This document shows positions 25,601 to 40,800 of a stretch of DNA of 64,000 bases, in pieces (within the stretch, counting starts at the first letter, position 1; each line of letters starts with the position of its first letter). The notes below the pieces were generated by a model. That model was given only the letters and a program-made list of their open reading frames with translations, was not told where the DNA came from and did not search any database. The translations under genes were made by a program, and so were the position numbers. Source of the stretch: Trichoplax adhaerens (lineage: Eukaryota > Animalia > Placozoa); the NCBI RefSeq assembly GCF_000150275.1, contig NW_002060943.1:8316066-8380065 (forward strand), in the 5' to 3' direction.

Positions 25601-25718
25601 ATAGTCCAAAAGAATTGTGAATTCCTAATATAATGCCGTTAATGATAAAAGCTACACCGGCTATAACCCAACCCCAGCCACCGTCAGGTGGAGCGCGACG
25701 AGCAGTTGAGTCAGCCAT
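22659..25718 (-). CDS. Monocarboxylate transporter family (SLC16/MFS), ~650 aa; exons 25718-25538, 24667-23661, 23525-23156, 23053-22659
   Basis: PPDGGWGWV signature, YFHKRISFVNGLATAGSGIG, 12-TM pattern with a large TM6-7 loop; all joins in phase. Confidence 0.93.
25207..25260. repeat. Perfect 19-bp inverted repeat with 16-nt loop in intron 1 of the SLC16 gene
   Basis: tcgcggataaatccgtatt (25207-25225) / aatacggatttatccgcga (25242-25260). Confidence 0.9.
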
Positions 25719-27159
25719 GGTACGTCCACAACGGCAGGCTTAATTCCAATCAGCGATCCAAATAATTAATTGTACGTATCTACTGTACGCTCGTCGTATA
25801 TCAGTCCAATATAAAATTCCGAAATTGGATCACTCGTGACAAGCTGTTATTAAAATACTGTGAAGGAGAGAAGAAACGAAAAAAAATTAGAATATATCGA
25901 GAGAGTAATGCAATGCTATTCTTTCTACTGTATAAAAAGCATTCATGACGAGAAAATAACGAAAGCCTGCACATTATTCCAGTAGACTTATGTCGGTATA
26001 GAACTGATTGATAGCACGTTGTGATCATAGAGCTCATGAATCTGTAAGAGAACAGAAGGCTCTTGAATTGCACGTTGTAAGATATTGCTTAATAATTGAT
26101 CAATGAACAGATCGCAGTGAGAAATAATAAATTGCTGTCACAAATTCGTTCCAATTTTTAAAATTTTATTTCGCTATACTGTTACTGGGCTTAAAGAATT
26201 GTTCGGAAGCATTTGATTAATCCTGTAACACTTCAATATATGTCATTATACTAACTATCTTTAAACATAGCATAGAACTGCATGTAGTGTACAAATGAAT
26301 CAATCATGTCATCTGTATTAATCTACTTGTTGTCATCACTCGTGGTTTGCCTATAAGTACCTACGCCACCGTATTCTGGAAACGATTAACTACGCTTACT
26401 TGTAAGCCTTTTAAGTTCTTTTAGTAATTTTAGTAATAAGGCAATTAGTGTATATAGCGATAAAGTAATAAATTCTTTTAAAATCCTGATCGATATCGTA
26501 AACTGTGAATAAATAGATCATCGAGCTCTTCTATTTCCGAGAGTACAGTATAAATGCAACCTTTCTATATAGGTACCGGTATAGTTGCAATCTATGATTC
26601 ATACCTAGTTACTAACATCTCTTTGCTTTTTATTTAAACAATTCTATTATGTACTCGACTCGGTGAAAGCATGGTGAAAATACCGCAACGATAACCTATC
26701 GTTTAGCTACTTGTAAAAAATTGAAATTTACCCTCTACTCACTAGATCGCTCAAGTAATCCCTACAACGGTGTTGAAAACTTCTTTTCTCAATTATTCAA
26801 CGGAACTGGTGCCAAGCGGAAAAACGCGGCCGGTCAACGTCTGAGTAACGTCGAAAAAAATTTTGGGGGAGATCTTTTCAGACAAGAAAAATTTTTTAAT
26901 AACGATGTTGTAATAAGCTAAAGGGTTATTGTAATCTACATGCTATTGTTTGTGTATTCACTTGAGGCATTGTTCAATGCTAGTTCTATTTGGCCTGCAC
27001 CAATCATGTCTGTATCGTGTCTGTGACGACATAATAGACTGATGACGTAATAATTACATGTTTGTTCTAGTTCGTGGGCACCTGGTAGATTGACAAGGGT
27101 TCAAATATCATGACCTTTGTAGGCTTACAGTATAGCGTCAAAATGTCGATGAAAGAAAC

Positions 27160-28310
27160 GATTCTAAATCTGGATCTGGTAAGACATGTCCAGATCTTGT
27201 CCGATTGTATGTCGGCTAATTGACATTATAAGTATTGTAAACAGTCATCCTTAATAAAATGGATTAAAATAATCTAGATCTAGTCAGATCATAGCCTCGT
27301 TAGCGTAAATGTCTACTAGTACTAGAGACGGTCAAAGCAAAGCGTCTTACAAAGCTAATAATGATTAATACAATGTACCAATGCCTCGCTGGATACGAAG
27401 TTGAATATGCATCCAGATTTAAAAAAGACAGCGTTAAATCTAGTCAGATTGTATGCATAGTTGATTTACATTAGAAATCCTACAAGTACAGTATTACAGT
27501 CATTTTTGAACCCAATATAATCTAGATCTTGCCAGATCATATGCTCCTTAATAATTGTCTACTAGAGCCGGTGTGCCATATTAGAGACGGTTAAAGTAAA
27601 ATGCCCTTTATTGTAAATCTAACGGCTAATACTGTATGAGTATAAAACTTCGGTTGAATGAGAAGCTTAATATGGATTTAGTATATATCTGTGTAACAGC
27701 CTAAATGTTATAGGATCGTATGGTATATTCGCCAATGACATTGGAAAGGCCTTCTAAGTAAAAGGGTTCCCTTACTGTAATCAGAAGTTTAATATTGATT
27801 CAAGACACCTAAAGACAGCCCAGTTCCATAGACTACTAAATAGCCCCCGCTCTCTTTCTTAGCGATGCCATCGTACCGCAGACCTTCCAAGTAATAGGCT
27901 CCCTTAATTCCTATACTGTGCTCATGTTACTTTAATAAGGAGTTTAATATGAATTCAATATAAAATAAAAAGACAGCCCAAATACAGTATGTACACTACA
28001 GTATTTATTAGGGTGCTTTTATAAGAAGTTTAATAAAATAGATTCAAAGATGGAGCCCAGACCTTGTTAGATTGTGTATTAGTTAGCGTACAATGAAAAC
28101 CTCTAAGCAAACGGTTACCTTAGAATGGTATGGATTCTATGTGTTACTTGAATGAAGAGTTTAACATGGATTCGATATACTGTAACTAAGTTCAAATCTA
28201 TATATATTTATATCAATTTAATAAATCTAAAAGACAGCCCAGATTTTGTCAGGTCATATGCTCGCTAATGTACACAGTAGATCGCTTTAAAAAAAGTTGA
28301 ATGTTAGCCT
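27160..28310. repeat. Degenerate tandem repeat array
   Basis: Recurring blocks (aagacagccc-agatct-gtcagat, tagagacgg, gaagtttaatat) at irregular ~80-250 bp spacing. Confidence 0.65.
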
Positions 28311-31300
28311 ACAGTATCAGGATTCAATTTTTTTTTATGTAGCTGGGTTTTGCTAAGCTTTAAGGAAGACTATTTAGTGTCAATTTTTATCGGTGAAATG
28401 GTGTACGTTCTAAGGATTCAATATTCACTAAAAGCTCTACCTTCCAAGATTGTGCATAGCCAAATCAAAAATTCATTCATATACTGCCTTAATTGTAATT
28501 ACCCATATAGTATACGAAACAACAATTTTCGAAATACTGCATTATTCATCTAATAAGATCGCAATTAAGGAGTAAAGATAAGTAAAACGGCTACATGTTT
28601 AAGTATTATTCTTTTGCTGGTATTAGAAAGAACAATAATAAATGTAATTAAGTTAACAATTCGCTTCAATTTCATTCCTACTCATCAACTAAAAAAAGGT
28701 GATTGCGTGTAATATCGTAAGTACTAAACTATAATTTTATCAGACGTGCCAAATACAGTATTAATATATACGAATATACTGTATATAGTATAAAGTACGA
28801 TAATATTCTTGTCTGAAAAATGACATTTACTATTGTATATCATCACATAAACATAGCACAGTATGTGAGACCATTCTTAGTTCCATAAAACTAAAATGGA
28901 GAGAAATGGTTGAAACTCAACCTTATTTAGTCATATATCACTAAAAGTGTTTCTATAGGGTTAATCAGTTCCATATGTATACATATTGCATTTTAAAAAG
29001 AAGCAATAAAAAAATGAACAAAGAGATACCGTAAATAATGCTTTTGGCCAGACTTCATATACGATGCGTTGATTAAGCCATTACAAACAAGCTCGTTAAT
29101 TAGACTAGCTACGCTACCGCAGTATACGAAAAAGCAAGTTGATGATATATTGTACCAAAGTTGATTTCAAACAGGAAAATACGATCATTATTTTATACTC
29201 CCTTTTAATCTCAATAATGGCATAAAGATGTGTATTAGTTTGTTTATTTGCAATGGATGTTTTTCCTTTCAAACATTAAGCAAATATTGAATTGCATAAT
29301 GAGAGAAAAGGCAGTGGTCTAGATAACGACTGTCATAACAAGAACTATAGTACCTTTTGGTTTGAATCATCTATTTATCCATTTATACTGCAGTTCGTAG
29401 TCAGTAGAGTATATCATCTCAGATATAAGCTACTATTTTAAAATTTTATTATTGACCAAATGGATTACTTATCACGATACGGAAAGATCGAGCAAGACTT
29501 TTCTACCGATACGATAAAAATGTGGATATTAATTGAACCTATGCAATGAACTAAGCTTAACCTTTATAACGCTTGATATATAAAATAATCTTTATCGATC
29601 ACAGATGATGATAAACATAAATTTATACAGTGCACAACAGCAGTGAATATGAGAGCGCAATATACTGAAGATGATAGTTTATAACATGAATCGTGAACTA
29701 GTGGGAGAATTCTCCATCTAGCTTTGGTATAGTTTTCGTGTCAGTGGCAATTTAAGAAAAATATCTTTTATACTGTACATTAGTCAATCTCGAAATACAG
29801 ACGAATGCCTGAGTGTAGAATACGACAGCTTTTACACTACGGGAATAACATTAGTTGCATTATTTCCATTACAATTAATCACATAAAATAGAAAAATAAC
29901 GAAATTAGCAGATATCACCAGGAGATAATAAAAAGCCGTAGTTAGAAAAGATAACATGGTAAAGCATACTGTTTTAGAGAAAACTTTGTCTAAATTGTAA
30001 AAGTCCATCGATGCAATCTACCATTTCAGTATATCAAACGGAATAAACACTACAATGTCAAGACAGAATTTAGTAATTTGATTTTTTTAAGCCCAATCCT
30101 ATCATTACTCTACATATATTTGTTTAAAATTAGTTGTTGATCAATCGTAACGATTGCGAGTATTGAACTCTGAATTGTAATAATGATCATTAATTTTATG
30201 GATTGATATCAGAATATCTTTTTTGGGACTAATCAGTAATTGTAACTGCCCCTCATAGAATACAAAGTTGTTAAGGGATATTGTAAATAAAATAACCACA
30301 AAGTCGAAGATTTTGGGCCGTAAACAGCAAAAGTCAAAAATAAAGATTGTAATTAAGATTATGAAGTCCCTTTCTCACTTACTTCTTGAAGCGATAGTGC
30401 AAAAATTTTAATAGAAGTACAGTGTGATGATCAACCACAAAACACCAAGGTTCCAACAAAGTCAGAGCAGGAGGGTAAAATCAAATGGTAGTCATTACCT
30501 TCCAATCTAATCTTATTTAATGTATAAGCAATCTTTCACAAAAGATTAACTACGTAAATGAATACCAGTTGGTGTGGATCGTATCTAACTAAGGTCTTAA
30601 CAAGAGGCCAAAGGCAAATTGTAGTTCTTATTACTCCAAGTTTAACCTTCATCTAGGATCCTTTACAATCTATCGTCTGCAGTAGTTGTATGTATCTATT
30701 GCCATCATGAACATTATCAAAGCTCTTTCATTCTTTCAAATGAAGAACAATTAGTATTCAATTGTTTCGTTTACCCAATATTCCTTTTCAATTAGTTCAA
30801 AAAGTGACAATAATCATAATTAAAAACAAAGCTCTACTATCAACAAGCAATCTAGATAGGCTCGAAATAAGATAGACAATAAGTTCGATAGAAGCAGACA
30901 ATACTATCTAATTATTTATCTTTTTATATCTAACTATAGTTGCTGATCAATATCTGTTCACAACATAGGATACGATATTTAAAGTTTTTTGCATTAAATT
31001 TAGCTGTTAGCGTTAAAATTATCATCTTTTCCTAATAGAATCATCAATATTTTTCCTGAGTCGTCCAGAGCATTATAATTAAAATTCACATATACTTTCA
31101 TTATTAAGTAAATTGTTATTCAATAATTAATGGTAAGTAAGGTCGATTCGTTTAAATATTGCCAACTCTTTAAACATATGCCCGCTACGAAGAACTACGT
31201 CAAAGATTTAAATCTGATATGAATAAATAGGCTCCGGCTAATTGTTAACGTTTCTATGAGGGACAAATAGAAATTTGTGTCATCTTTTAAATTTAAAGAC

Positions 31301-34300
31301 ATCAATTCTTCAATAAAAAGATATAGATGAAAATAAATTCATAGTTTACAATATTGAATGATAGTGGCAAAGGTAGGAGTAGGTCACCATTTTCCAATAT
31401 TGCTAAATGTAAATTAAATTAATTTATTTTTATAACCTCCTGCGTAAGATCATATATCAAAAACTAACTTGACTACATGAGTAATATTGGTTGGGAAATA
31501 ATGACCATAAAAATTGTATCTATTTCTTGATGATGAAAGCTACAGTGTCTAGATGAAGTACTTGATAACACATTCGGAGGTATATTGAAGATGTTTTATG
31601 CCCATTTAACAGTATTTTGTTATACTTGGTTGTTTAGACGAATGGTTTGAATTCATTAGATAGCATCAACTTGAGTAAAAGGTCACGTTTTTATTTCGTG
31701 AAACTGCATAGTTCATTTCATGACCAATGTTTGCACAATATTGAAGATCGACTAGAGAGATAGGAGTATATTCCCGGCAATATTGTATTACTAAAGGCTC
31801 AGTATTTAACTACAAACTGTTTTGCTTGAAAGACGATTTTCAAGAATATATACGAAAGTAGACATCTTGCATACAACTAAAGTGAAACAGCATTATATTT
31901 AATTGTCGAATCGTGCTCATTTTAAAGAAATTCTAGGTATTCTAATGGATTTCAATGGCACTTGACGAAACTTATTCGATAGACGCAACTACTACATTTG
32001 GTACTTTTACTGAATTAATTCATATTATGCAAGAAAGATAATGACATTTGCAAAGCCTAATACCAGAACATATGTTTCAATAATTACTAATGCCGTATCT
32101 CATTCTATTAGCCATATTTACAGTTCTAAGATTTTGCTAATTTATTTACAGAATCTTTACTTGAATTACATGGTACTAGACAGGAAGTCTATACTTTTTA
32201 TTTTATATTTGTCTAATCTGAGATCGTCAATCTTTCCGGCGCTTCTTGTGTGAACGTACAGCAATTGTCGTTTGCTTACTACAATTACAAGATACAAACA
32301 TAGCTGAAACTTTTATGTCTGATGTTCTTGCATGGATGGGTTAGCGAATACGAGAGCGCTCAAAACGAGTATAGATACTACAATGCTTTTATTAATAAAA
32401 TACTTTGGAGCTCGTCTATAATACGATATACGGAGTATAAACTGTTAACTCATAATTTGATGTACTTGTGTTTAAAAAAATGTTTAATAAAATTATGTTT
32501 AAAATCTTCCTGCAAGGTACGTTACGGATAAGTAGAGGTGGTTGAAAAGATCTTTTCCACTTTTACCTGCTTTGTGACAACAATTAATATTTGCTCACTG
32601 TAATCTCTTTATCTTGGTAGCCCTCAAATTCATATACACATTCATATACTGTACATGAATGATATAATAACTATTAAAGTAGTTTTAATATACAGAACCA
32701 CCAATAATTTGCCTTGTATCTTAAATACGTATTGTAAATAAATCGGAATCTACGTCGATTTGAATGTTTATTACTGCTAATACATGCTTATTTGCAGAAA
32801 TTGCATCACTAGTAGCCAATTTTTTAATGTCATCTGATTTTACAGCACAGTTCTGTTCAGATCCCGGTTTCCTAGACAGTATTAAGTCATAAAAACAACT
32901 TGGTATGCTGCATTGGTAGGTCTACATTATAGTTAGTCTTGATCTGTAAATTAAACTGCCAACCTTCTGATGGCAGTCCATCGTAATGATTAATGGAATG
33001 ATAAAATTAAAGAAAGCAAATAATGTTGATATTTGTGATAACAAGCAACACTTATTAACACTTTCTGCATTGCCTAATTCCTATTAAAACGTCATCTCAG
33101 GTAAGATGTTCATGTAATGCTACGAATTATAGGAATTTATAACCGTAATAACGATTTACCACACTGTTGTTATATCATCTGAATATAGACTTGTCCGATT
33201 TCGTGCTGATATAATCAAATTCATTTATGAAATTATTTTGAATTATTACTAACTCCAACATCTTAACTCGTATAGGATCATTTGTTTTTGAAATATAATT
33301 TTAGTGGACAACTAATATCAGAAATGTACCAAATATATAATTACTTGTCCATTGCACTAATACTACCTTACGTAGTGAGACTGAAACGGTAATATAATCC
33401 ATTTGTCAGTCAAATTATATCCTGCAATGAGATGTAGCAGATCTTGGTAGTGGAGTAACATGCATCCTTACTTCTCTCCTATACTGCCTACGTATTCTGC
33501 ATTTTTGCAACAATAAATTGATGTGATTATTTACAAGTACATACTATGACCAATGGCATGGTATGTTGGACTAAATAGGCAAATATTGATAAAGCGAATT
33601 GCAAATTTGTAAATATGGTACCTAATCACATAAGCACGTGTCAAGCTCGTGTTATATTCCTACCTTGATAGCCGGCATGGGGTTGATTCCTTTTAAAGCT
33701 ATACGAATAGTTTACTATTATGTTGTCAAAACACGTACAAACAGTTCTAGAAGGTTTCTTGTTAAAATATCAGTTATTTCTATCTTTAGTCGATTTCTAG
33801 TATAAAACTTACTTATACTTTAACAGTAATTTAAAATATGGTTATAATGGTACCGTAATGCAATGAATCCCTGCCACCCTCCCTTTAATGTACCGTAGGG
33901 CGCGTGCTGCCATAGTCAGCGTTCAATCTCATCTATCAATTGTAGTTAAAATAGAATACAAGGTACCTCCTACTTCTTATTTTTATCCTGACATTAAGCA
34001 TATCTCCATAAATATAGAAGAGCCTATATTTACATTCATTTATTATGACATTAACCTACGACGAGGCACAGGCTACTCTCCTGAGGTTTTACGCACAATT
34101 TTATTCTTTCCTTTGCAACTTCTACCTACTCATCAATAAAGTATCAGGACAAAAGCATTTAACAAAGCATAGAATAACTCAAAATTATTCTAGTTTCCTA
34201 TTTTTCATTTAATACACAACATAATCCTATATAATTTTGATCCTAAAGGATTGTTATTACCTTCGTCTGTTGTATACACCTATTTTCAATTCATCTTCCC

Positions 34301-36272
34301 CCGTGACAATTGCCGATATCCGCACGCAGAAAAGATAGATGAAACATTTGTGAACAAATACACGCTACAATATTTATTAATGAGACTTTCTTAAGATCGA
34401 CATTTTTCTTTCCGGTTATAATAATCGTAAAGGTAGGCAAGATCTGATTTTTATTGTGCTATATAGACATCTCGTTATGTTTATTATCAATCTTTCTAAA
34501 ATATAGTCGATATTTATCATATTAGAAGATATGCTATACTAGGATCTTAATTAGATACCGCCATTTTTACTATTATGCTATCTTATAGTAACATATTAAA
34601 TTATAGCAAATCGATGATGACTTTTTCCTAACTTGTGTTTAAGACAAAAATTTTCATTTTATCTTTCAATACTTGTCGCTATCATAACAGCGTAATCGTT
34701 AAGTCATAACTCTTACCCGGTACAAAATAGAATTACCAAATCAATTTAGTTAGAGATTTATCACGTAATCTTTCATATCACTATGTGCCCTGGTTATAGA
34801 TTAAATGGCGATAATGACGAGCTATTAGAGATTTAAAGGATCATCAATTTGCCAATACTGCAAGCGACTGCTTACGCTTTTGGGTATAATTTTTATATAG
34901 ATATTATCATATCGTTATTATTGCCAGTTCTAGGGGCATTGTTTATATTAGGGTAAATTCAAATTATTTTCGGTTTACTTCCGTGATGAATTTAAACGTT
35001 CTAATTAATCCATCACTACTGCAACTTACCTTCTAAATATTATTAGTCTTATTATTTGACTACGACAGGTGAGAATAAAATTTAGTGTTATGATAATGAA
35101 AATTACAAACTTAAAAATATCTAGCAACAATATGTTCAGTACTGTACTATATGAAAACTTTTTTGCTATACAGAACCATTAGACAAGGCAATAGAATGAA
35201 AGTTAATTAAAATAAAAATTTTAAACTTGTTTTCTACCTTTATCATTCTTAATAGAAATATCTATGCAATATGCCTTATGGTAGAAAATATTAAAATCCA
35301 TTATGAGCTTTTCCTTATTATCATCTTTATTGGTGTAGTGTCATTAGAATGAAGTTGGATTTTTTGCTACAATTAAAAGATAAGAAAAAGCTATTTAATT
35401 TTATTGGCTTATACATGCCAACGCAGTAATGGTAATGCTAACTACTATAACGCCAGGTTAAATTGATGTACACTTCGTATACAAGAGTAGCCGACTCATT
35501 GACTAGTAAATTAAAAAACATAACATAATTTTTCAATCAAAACTGAAAAGGTTGAATTTAGCATATACTAATAAGCAAAAATAGATGTTTAAAAATTAAG
35601 TTATTTTCCGACCATCATCAATCTCTTTGTAAGTAAATGGGAAGAAATTGAATGGGAAATTATATTGAGTCATAATCTTGGCCGTGGTCAAAAGTATGAA
35701 AATTATTAATATGAAGACCATTTATTATTAGTATATAATGCTAAATCGGCTAACGAGAAATTTGCCTGCGGATACCTTTTATCTGTTTTGAAAAATTATA
35801 CTTTACTTAGAATATTGAAGACAATAAAATTAGACTCATTTTAATTGGAAAGCTTATGATGTATCAACATCTTGCAATTAAGTAGGAGTAATGTAGCGGT
35901 ATATCATCAGTTTTATCAATTATCATTTCACAATATATTTATCTATAGATCTACCGGTTGAAAAAGACTACAAATACATCGTAATCCCTTTCAACGAATG
36001 TGTCTAAGAAACACAAACGATTTAGTTTCGATACTTGACATAGAGCAATGCTATCTTAAATTGGAGTTAGCTCTAAGATTGTAAAGTGATATTATTGAGT
36101 AATACAAATAAATAAAATGAGTATTAGGGCGTAAAGACTTTCTTAAATCGATGATGATACATACGAGTAAATATTGTAAAACAGTAATTTTTCGATTATC
36201 ATGTGTAAAATATTGTACATGTCATTAGAAATAAAATATACACTGCTATATGTATTAATGAATTTATCTACT

Positions 36273-37806
36273 TTAGACTCGTCTATCTTGAGTTGCGATA
36301 TCAGCAATACTTGTTGTAGAGTAAAGCTGAAATAGACTACAAGATGGAAATAGCCGCTTTAACCATTTTCGAATATCGTTATTACGAATAATAAATATAA
36401 TGGGATTAGCAATGTTACCAAGATATGTTACAAATAGTAATATGAGATGAACCCTAATCTGATATGGCGAGATTCGAAAAAATGCTATGATAGCAATAAT
36501 GCTATAAGGGATGTAGGATAAGGTAAAGGTTAATAAAATAATAAATAAAGTGGTTGCGACATAGATTTCTCGCTTTCTAGAAAAACTTTTAATTGAGTTG
36601 GATCGGGCACGGACTCTCAGGCTTCTATTCTTATCATGAGTTGCTGGCAAGATTACATTAGGTCTGTTGTCATGATAGGCAATTCTTGAACGATTTCGGC
36701 GTACTTCTTGATAGATTTTCCAATAGCATAGAAATATAATGGTCAAAGGAACAACTATAACGCCGACAATCACAGTTGTGAAAAAGATGATGATATTTAA
36801 TCCTTGGCTATAATGATAAATGGTATAACAAAATCCAACATCCGAAATATAAGTAACACCACCCCATAAACGAAAAGCTTGAGGAAATGCTAGAAGAGCA
36901 GGTACTAACCAGTTGATTAAGCAGAATATCACCAAAGAGTAGGACTTTCTGGATAGGGATAAAAACGTTCTTGGTTTATTAATAGCCAGATAGCGAACGA
37001 TAGCTAATAGTGCCATAGAGAATACATTGACCACACCAAAATAAAATGGAATACAGATATTGAGTCGGCAAAGTAATGTATTTGATTTATAGATTGGAAG
37101 TTGATTAAGATAAACGCGAAAAAATATTTGGAATAGCCCTATAAAACTAGAAAGATTAAATACCATATCAGCTAATAGGTTATGATATTAATAACTCATA
37201 CTTTGTAAGATTTCCAAAAAATATAGATAGACATAAATAAAGCACCATTTCACGGTTGCAATTTTTTAATTAATCAATTTATCATTAAGTACTTTTTATC
37301 ATTTTAGTCCATGTTGATCCTATACCTATAATGCCAGTTTTCGTCAAATTAATTACATGAGAATTATGGCGATAAAGGAAAATAAATCGAAATTCGAAAC
37401 TGACCCAAAATTAAAATAGGCGAAAAAGAATATAAAATTGAAACTATAAATCATCGGCAACCACATCACATTATAGAAATAATACGAATCACTAAAATCT
37501 TGTTAAGGTTCGATCATCTATGGTAGTGTATTGTATATCCACGCAATTACTAATCTTGTAGCTGTAATAGCATAATGAAAAAGAGAAATTTTACATTACA
37601 TACCTTGATGTTACATAGGATGCATCAGAAAACGCTAAGTTAAATACGAGAATATCTTGCACTTTCATTTTTCGACCATCTTTAATTTTATAACAGCAGA
37701 TTATGGCGTTGCCGCACAATCCAACTGCAAAAATGAAGACAAGGATAATCATTGATCCTACCGCAAATTCTTCAGACATTTGTATTTGAAATGTAACATT
37801 GACCAT
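36273..37806 (-). CDS. Class A (rhodopsin-like) GPCR, 358 aa; exons 37806-37604, 37146-36273
   Basis: GN in TM1, NLAFSD in TM2, Cys at top of TM3, VRY, W in TM4, P-rich TM5 ending CYWKIY, SYIPY in TM6, NPIIF in TM7; phase-2 intron after TM2. Confidence 0.92.
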
Positions 37807-40800
37807 TTTTTGCTTCTGCTTAATGTTAAGCTGATGATTGTTAAATAACAGTGTTAGAGTAAAAGATTGTGAATATGTACAGAAGTTTGTAGTTGAATTG
37901 ACGATTATGCTTGATTTCTACGGCCTTAATGGTAATAGCATAGCAAAAATTTTATAATCAATTGGATCGCCATCGAAATGTATTAATGCATAAAATTTTA
38001 TTTTCGCAACGTAAAGCTTAATTGATCATAAATTAAGATTTTACTTTTAATAATATAACGCCGACTTATCCTGATATGTATATTTCTTAATCAATTTGTG
38101 AGTATCATCGTATGAATATCATTAACTTCTTTATCGAATTTTTCTTTTTCTTTTTTCTGGAATAGTAACTTCAAATAACATAACGCCTAACATGTAGATA
38201 ATAGTATTTCATAAATTATAACCATTTTCCCTGACTCATTTTCTCTCTGTTTCTTCTATTATATATGATAGTGCGACCATCAGAGCCTAGTTATAATACG
38301 TAGTTAAAAGTAAATATACCAATATCAGTCTATGCTAAATATTTATATAGCTCAGAGTATGCGTCTTTCAGTTATCACTATAATCATAGCCAATAATATT
38401 GCGTGATTCTTCTAAAAAATTCCTTTCAATTAGAGATAATTAAATGCGAGTAATCTTAATCTCTATTTTTCAATTTTAACATTATCATAGTAATAGTCCT
38501 AGCACATAATGGGCAGAGACTGCTAAAATAATTCAATCGTACTTTATTTCCATTTATCTGTTCTCACAACTTTATCTTATAACCTATTTCAAAATATTGT
38601 CATTATATAAAACTTAAATCAACCGTTAAATCAAAGAGAATTATTCATGATCTGAACTTGATGGACGGTATGATCAAATCTATTTAACGCCATACAAAAT
38701 CATCAACAGTCAACAATGCAAAACTATGAATAGATGTCGATACATAGAATAGAAAGGATAATGCATAATTGAAAGCAGAAATTGATTCGTTATACTGATA
38801 GTGTCGTTTATTTCTAAGAAAAGAATAACACTTTTAATGGCTATCTATTGTAAACCAAGTGGTAATTATCAATAATAAGCCATGTGTATTTCTTTTATAA
38901 TTTATTCAATGCCTAGCTTTTTTTATAATAAATCAAAGTTCCAATAAAGCTCTATAGAACTTAACAAGCATATGCTAGCATTCTCTTCATCACTTTTTTC
39001 GCCTACAATCTATTAATATATCTGCATAGATCTACGTACCCGATCATTACCTATGTATTAGTATAGGTGTTATATATAACATTGGCCGTAACATATATAT
39101 CGATTTATAATAATAATTTAAGATTTCCATTTTCATTTATTAATTTAATCTTTCTTCTTTAAATGAATAGAATTATTCACCTGTGCACCTGTCAGTATTA
39201 GAAACATGGTGATTATTTGCTATTATGTAGTATAATATTTTAATAATGAGATAGACATAGATGGCATATAGATGATAGGCTAGAAAAATTAGTGTTTATC
39301 TATTTGATTATATAATGCTATGTAGAATTCTATCATTACCTGTGAAGAATCTAAATTTTTAAAATGGTATATAATATTCCTTCATGATAATAATAACGAC
39401 ACAGATAACAATAATGTCTTTAACTACTAACCCAATGTAACATCATTAATAACTAGTATCTGTACCTATAATTAGCCAGAACAATCACTGATATGTATAG
39501 AAGTAAACACTAAAGAAGGGCATAGTCATTTGTGACAGATTTAGATAAGTAAAAAATGCTAATCGCATCAAAATTATGCCCAAACTCGATTTTACATTAT
39601 TATTAAGGGTCACAATGTGATTTTGATCCTTTGCATTTTAAATACAATTACTACATAGAAATTCAATTAATTAAATACTCTGATGGGCTTTAGCTTAAGG
39701 TTTGCTTAATAAATCATTCTTTGTGAGCTACGATCACTACTAAGGGATAAACTAATTAGATCATGCTTCCATACATGATGATAGAATTAAGCTGCAATCT
39801 ACATTTTCTTTAATCAATATCATCCTTGCGCATTTGTTCGTAGTATCTAAATTGATATAAATAGAAACGTATATTAACTCATGCGATGTTAATCCAAAAT
39901 CAATAGGTGGAATGAAGATGTTTTATTACCTAGAGTGCTTCGATAAGCCAGAAAATGTGTTGTAAGTGGGATATTTCTACTTGATGGCATTGTTAGAAAA
40001 TTTATGAATCTGTAATTACTTACACACAGTAAACAGTTAGACTGGATTATGATATAGATAATAAAGATGTAAATCCATTTTGTTGCGATATTTAAAATAG
40101 ATTATAGCTCTTAAAAGTAGCTGAATTAAATCAAATTATCTCCATTCGTTGCTTATGATGATAATAATGATGTACATTTACTATTTTAGATCTTGATACT
40201 GTCTTATTTATCATCGAGTACTATCTTGAGATCACGATTTTAATTTATTCAACATCGTTGTTGCTGAAGTAACTACTATTTCAGCAATGAACTTTTTTCT
40301 ATTTCATAGATTAATTCATTAATACGATTGTCCTATTTTTATCACTTAATTTGCATAGAACGGATCACAATTATCGTTTTCCAGTTGACATCAAATATAT
40401 TGTTTGTTCTATTTAGTATTTTTTCAAATATTCTTAATGATAGTATTTGTATAGTTAGGAATAATTTCAGTTATCAATGTTTTACTTTTAATGATGATAT
40501 AATCCTACAGACATACACTATATTGCATACTTCAGAATGAATAATATTATTTTTAAAATAACTCAAAAAATTGCTATTGCTACTTTAGCTTACCGAAAGT
40601 ACAATAATTTACTGTGGACATATTTATTCTTTTATTTTAGTTATAAATTAATGGCATCAATTAAAAGCTGTAGGTGCTATTATCGTAGATTTAAAACTAA
40701 CACTAAGAATCATTAAATTGTAGTCCTGCATTCAATCTCATAAGGAGTATAGTAAAAAAGTTGATTTTTCACCTTAAATTTAAACGTATCTATCTAATTA

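Noticed and set aside
25075-25604. Cys/Thr/Val/Tyr-rich ORFs here and at 15710-17205, and read-through of SLC16 exon 1 to 25278
   Set aside because: Produced by stop-poor GTACA/TACTG repeats; a strong donor at 25537 explains the real exon end
31440-31800. Minus-strand fragment QYCREYTPISLVDLQYCANIGHEMNY, faintly like a Frizzled cysteine-rich domain
   Set aside because: Too short and interrupted by stops; the remaining cysteines cannot be placed
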